From positions 360,001 to 392,000 of the forward strand of contig OX638337.1 of assembly GCA_951812855.1 (NCBI GenBank): DNA of 32,000 nucleotides. The letters are read 5' to 3'. A program made the position numbers and the translations under genes. Of the stretch, positions 28,307 to 32,000 are shown piece after piece; within the stretch, counting starts at the first letter, position 1, and the number at the start of each line of letters is the position of its first letter. The DNA is from an uncultured Lentisphaeria bacterium (GTDB lineage Bacteria > Verrucomicrobiota > Lentisphaeria > JABSQK01 > JAJFLO01). The notes under the pieces were generated by a model, which was given only the letters and a program-made list of their open reading frames with translations, did not search any database and had not been told where the DNA came from.

Positions 28307-29140
28307 TTACCAGACGACATTTACAAAGGGAAGAACCTTGCATTTACTTTTCCGAGTTGCAATATTCAATAACCCGATTTGAAGTCCCTGCAAATCACCG
28401 GTTTTATTTAATATACCGAACTGAAACCCGACGACGGAATCTGCTATATTTATCAATCCCCACTGATTCCCGGTAGCGTTAACCGTATAACTGATTAAGC
28501 CAATTTGATTACCTGTGAAGTCCCCGCCGACACAACTGGCAACACCAATTTGGGTACCATTTAAATTGCCGGCGATTCCAGAAACAGCACCAAGTTGTAT
28601 CCCTTTCATATCCCCCCCATTCATAGAAAATACACCAAACTGGCAACCTGATAAATTCCCTTTGTTTGATGCATATAGAAAACCCGATTGGCGGCCGGTG
28701 ATATCACCATCATTGATAGAAATTAAACCTATCTGATGACCATCAATATCACCACCGTTAAACGCTATCAGTCCGCCAGCCTGAACGCCGCCTCTAATGT
28801 CCAGTTTATTGGAAGCAAACAGCAATCCTATTTGCTGGCCGTCAACGCTCCCGTTACATAAATTAACCAATCCTTCACTATGCCCCTGAATGCTTGTTTC
28901 AGTCTGATTAAAAAGACCTAAATCCAATCCACTGACACTATTATTACTACCCCAAATTAAATTTAAACGTACTCCTTTCACAGATGTATTCTGATCCTTT
29001 TGAATGGGTATCGACAAATGAGAGAATATCGATAGTTGTACAGGTATTATAACCTCGCTGGCAAAAACAGTTGATGTTATACTCAACGTTGTAATAATCC
29101 CCACGATACCCAGTCTCAAAACACATTTTCTAACATTCAT
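28307..29140 (-). CDS. Secreted repeat protein with about 14 tandem 15-16-residue GxQxG repeats
   Basis: 277 aa. Signal peptide (MNVRKCVLRLGIVGIITTLSITSTVFAS), then repeats such as DGQQIGLLFASNKLDI, DGHQIGLISINDGDI, NGTQIGVASCVGGDF, TGNQWGLINIADSV and QGLQIGLLNIA. It ends in LPFVNVVW. Confidence 0.75.
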   Translation of the reverse strand: MNVRKCVLRLGIVGIITTLSITSTVFASEVIIPVQLSIFSHLSIPIQKDQNTSVKGVRLNLIWGSNNSVSGLDLGLFNQTETSIQGHSEGLVNLCNGSVDGQQIGLLFASNKLDIRGGVQAGGLIAFNGGDIDGHQIGLISINDGDITGRQSGFLYASNKGNLSGCQFGVFSMNGGDMKGIQLGAVSGIAGNLNGTQIGVASCVGGDFTGNQIGLISYTVNATGNQWGLINIADSVVGFQFGILNKTGDLQGLQIGLLNIATRKSKCKVLPFVNVVW

Positions 29141-29292
29141 TTTTTACAACTCCCCTTTTTGGTTTCAATTATTTAAACATATCATAATAAGTGAATTAAA
29201 AGCATATAACTGAAAATAAGGCATTTCTCAAGATTAACGGAAAATAAACATCATTCGGTTTGATCATGAACTATAGACTCGCTTTTAAAAAT

Positions 29293-29325
29293 AAAAAACC
29301 CCCGGATGATCCGGGGGTTTTTAAA
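29293..29325 (-). terminator. Rho-independent (bidirectional) terminator downstream of the porin gene
   Basis: AAAAAACCCCCGGA tga TCCGGGGGTTTTTAAAAA: an 8-bp G/C stem (29299-29306 with 29310-29317) flanked by an A-run and a T-run, 23 nt after the porin stop on the minus strand. Confidence 0.85.
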
Positions 29326-29347
29326 AACTATTTAAAATCAGTTTAAC

Positions 29348-30766
29348 TTAGAAGTCAATTGAAAGTTCAGCAAGAAAAATATTTGCATGTCCACCACCAT
29401 CGAGTCCCCATGCTGAAGGAACTGTATCTGCAAACGTCTGATATTCCCAGTTTAGTGTAAGCATGGTATTTTCATATAGGTTTGTGGACAGGCTTAATCC
29501 CCAAATATCATGAATACCGCCATCTGCTAAAACTCGGCTGTCGCTTACACTCTCACTTGAAAAATCATCAAGATCAATATTAGCTTCATACTTTACAGCT
29601 ACTACATATTCCCTTTCAGCAACAGGACAAGTCAGACCCAACTCAAGTGTATATGCCTGAGGTTTTACGTCGGTGTCATTTTTGAAACCAATATCCTCTC
29701 CAGTCAAACCATTCGGATTTCTGTCAAGATCATTGATTGCACCAACATATTCTGCACTGAACCAAACGGGTCCCATACTGAGAACAGAATAAAGATTTAT
29801 TGCACCATTATCATCATCAGAATAATTGTCCGGAAAACGAGCCCCTGCATCAAGTCCAGCAACTGAATCAGTATTCTGAGCTTGATAAATATTGTTGATA
29901 TAGCTAATCCCAAACCTCATATTCCGATCTTCATTATCAGTCTCAATTGATAAAGATGCTCCCCAGGTATCGATTTTATTATCGACAGCACCACCACCTT
30001 TCGCAGCTCCACGAACTTTGTCGTTCTGACCGTTGAATACAAAAAGACTAAAATCCACCATGTCACTCTTCATACCCAAAACAGCACCGGTATCACGGGT
30101 TTCATATAATTGTCTGGTTAAGGTGTCATTGATAAAATTTCCAAATTCATTTATATTACCAAAAGGCATGTATTGTTTACCTAAAATACTATATATTCCA
30201 CGATCGCCGCCTATAAAAACATACGCTTCATCGACATAAAGTGTATCCTCTTTTTGGTCAGTATCTGCACCACCAGGACCGGCGAATGAACTGTTTCTAT
30301 AATCCTCGTACTGGAGTCCGATAAATCCGCTAACACTTTCGGCGATATCAATATCAAGGTTTAACCTTAGCTCATCCATAATTATATCGGAAGTGTCTTC
30401 CTTATTTGCCTTTGGATGGGTATCGATATCAGAGAAAAATCCGACAATATCGATATTACCGCTGATACTGACAAAATCATAATTGTCTTTTATTGCACTG
30501 AATCCTTCCAGAAATGCCATGCGTTCTTTGTTTTCCAACGCATCAAAATCAGTGTTCTTTCTGATATCAGCCGGAAGTGTCGAAACAATACGATCTGTTT
30601 CGACAGCTTTTTCTTCCTGAGCCTGTAACCTATTTTCAAGTTCTGACAATTTCTGTTTCAATAACTTAACCTCTTCGCGTAATAGTGAATTTTCACTGTC
30701 ATTACTCCACGTTACAGGTGTAATAATTGAAACGATTAAACATAATGTAAATATTTTTTTGACCAT
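29348..30766 (-). CDS. Outer-membrane beta-barrel porin with N-terminal coiled coil
   Basis: 472 aa. Signal peptide (MVKKIFTLCLIVSIITPVTWS), a heptad-like LLREEVKLLKQKLSELENRLQAQEEK, then alternating-polarity strands rich in G/Y/D/N. The C-terminal beta-signal is LAELSIDF, ending in Phe. The architecture resembles DcaP/LbtU-type coiled-coil porins. Confidence 0.7.
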   Translation of the reverse strand: MVKKIFTLCLIVSIITPVTWSNDSENSLLREEVKLLKQKLSELENRLQAQEEKAVETDRIVSTLPADIRKNTDFDALENKERMAFLEGFSAIKDNYDFVSISGNIDIVGFFSDIDTHPKANKEDTSDIIMDELRLNLDIDIAESVSGFIGLQYEDYRNSSFAGPGGADTDQKEDTLYVDEAYVFIGGDRGIYSILGKQYMPFGNINEFGNFINDTLTRQLYETRDTGAVLGMKSDMVDFSLFVFNGQNDKVRGAAKGGGAVDNKIDTWGASLSIETDNEDRNMRFGISYINNIYQAQNTDSVAGLDAGARFPDNYSDDDNGAINLYSVLSMGPVWFSAEYVGAINDLDRNPNGLTGEDIGFKNDTDVKPQAYTLELGLTCPVAEREYVVAVKYEANIDLDDFSSESVSDSRVLADGGIHDIWGLSLSTNLYENTMLTLNWEYQTFADTVPSAWGLDGGGHANIFLAELSIDF

Positions 30767-31103
30767 TGCTGAAACCTTTGTTTTTGGATTAATTCATAAA
30801 CCTAAAATCGGGAAATAATACTAAGTTCCCATCCTCAATAAGATAGATACTGCTTACTGAATTTATGTTGATAAGTTTATGTCACCTCCTTTCAAATGAT
30901 AGTTATTATTAGCCAATTCCCATTATTAAACTGTTCGTTGAACTCACAAAATAAAATGATACTGTTACCGGATAAATTATCTATAACTGTTTTATATGCA
31001 AGGACTTTTCAAAAAAAAAATCAGGGGAGCGTTAGTTTTCTAACATTTGCATTTTCACCAATCAAAACTAATTTCCATCCTCCATGCAATTTCAGATATT
31101 CTT

Positions 31104-31128
31104 TCACCTATTGGATCCCAATAGGTGA
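31104..31128 (+). promoter_or_regulatory. 11-bp perfect inverted repeat (candidate operator) upstream of icd
   Basis: TCACCTATTGG atc CCAATAGGTGA, about 150 bp upstream of the icd ATG in the 512-bp divergent intergenic region between the porin gene and icd. Confidence 0.35.
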
Positions 31129-31278
31129 GTGTTAAGAATTTATTGCTCATTTTAGGTAACAAAACAGAAAACAGAGTCATCGGTCTTGAAAAATTGATGC
31201 ATTGAATATATCAAACGATTTCCAACCCAAATATTAAAAATTAAAACCTTGAACTGAACCTACACAAAGGAAAATATA

Positions 31279-32000
31279 ATGCCAGAAAAAATTATTATGG
31301 AAAACGGGAAACTCTCCGTGGGAGATAATCCAACTATACCATTTATAGAGGGAGATGGTATTGGACCGGATATATGGCGTGCTGCAGTCCGAATACTTGA
31401 CAGTGCCGTAACTATCGCCTATTCAGGGAACAAAAAGATCTCATGGAGAGAAGTATTAGCTGGCCAGAAAGCCTTTGATAAAACGGGGAATTGGCTTCCT
31501 GATGAGACTGTTGAAGACTTCAGGGAATATCTTGTTGGAATTAAAGGGCCGTTGACAACTCCTGTCGGGGGTGGTTTTCGCAGCTTGAATGTTACGCTGA
31601 GACAAGTTTTGGATTTGTACGTATGTTTGAGACCCGTAAAATATTTTTCCGGTGTGCCGTCACCGGTTACTCATCCAGAATGGGTCGACATGGTCATTTT
31701 CAGAGAAAATACTGAAGATGTTTATTCCGGAAAAGAATTACAGGCTGATACCGAAGAAGCAAAGAATTTGATTTCATATTTCAAACAAAAATATGATTGG
31801 GACATCCGTACCGATTCAGGTATAGGAATAAAACCAATAAGCGAAACTGGAACAAAACGACATGTTCGTGCAGCAATAAATTATGCTGTTAACAACAACA
31901 AAAAGAGTGTGACATTGGTTCATAAAGGTAATATAATGAAATTTACAGAGGGTGCTTTTAGAAACTGGGGTTATGAATTAGCAAAGGACGAGTTTCCAGA
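31279..32000 (+). CDS. icd: NADP-dependent isocitrate dehydrogenase (5' partial, continues beyond the window)
   Basis: Open frame from ATG 31279 to the window end, absent from the ORF track because it has no stop. It reads [28 protein letters not shown] ... [37 protein letters not shown] ... [14 protein letters not shown] ... [15 protein letters not shown], matching E. coli-type Icd. AAGGAAA RBS at 31267-31273. Confidence 0.95.
   Translation, partial: MPEKIIMENGKLSVGDNPTIPFIEGDGIGPDIWRAAVRILDSAVTIAYSGNKKISWREVLAGQKAFDKTGNWLPDETVEDFREYLVGIKGPLTTPVGGGFRSLNVTLRQVLDLYVCLRPVKYFSGVPSPVTHPEWVDMVIFRENTEDVYSGKELQADTEEAKNLISYFKQKYDWDIRTDSGIGIKPISETGTKRHVRAAINYAVNNNKKSVTLVHKGNIMKFTEGAFRNWGYELAKDEFP

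Noticed and set aside
30896-31135. 79-aa ORF in the porin/icd intergenic region.
   Set aside because: It has no RBS, a low-complexity hydrophobic and Ser/Phe-rich translation, and spans an A10 run and the palindrome. It is more likely non-coding regulatory DNA.

Overview
AT-rich (by eye, not computed) bacterial chromosomal segment, probably from a diderm: it has an outer-membrane beta-barrel ending in Phe and a Wzm/Wzt exporter. No rRNA, tRNA or CRISPR array was recognised. The left third is housekeeping. It holds a possible rpmE tail, prfA, an nrdAB operon preceded by tandem NrdR boxes whose beta subunit has the class Ic (Mn/Fe, Phe-for-Tyr) signature, an SDR oxidoreductase and an MFS transporter. 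The centre (about 12.5-27.4 kb) is one co-directional ABC-transporter-dependent (Wzm/Wzt) glycan cluster. It has GT11, two GT2, three GT4, a GT-C membrane transferase and an AsnB-like amidotransferase, many with overlapping stop/start codons. The most interesting part is two uncharacterised, translationally coupled genes directly after wzt: a ParB/Srx-fold fusion protein and an NTase-fold protein. No recognisable chain-terminating enzyme is present, so they are candidates for a new glycan capping module. The cluster is split by a decayed IS5-family transposase remnant fused to a truncated asnB paralogue. The right end carries nfi, a secreted GxQxG-repeat protein, a coiled-coil porin and the 5' part of icd. 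At least six genes carry in-frame stops or frameshifts: a histidine kinase, a GT-B transferase, a PfkB sugar kinase, a KdsC-like phosphatase, the transposase and the asnB paralogue. This is either real gene decay or indel-type sequencing error. All functional calls rest on motif recognition by eye; no database search was run.
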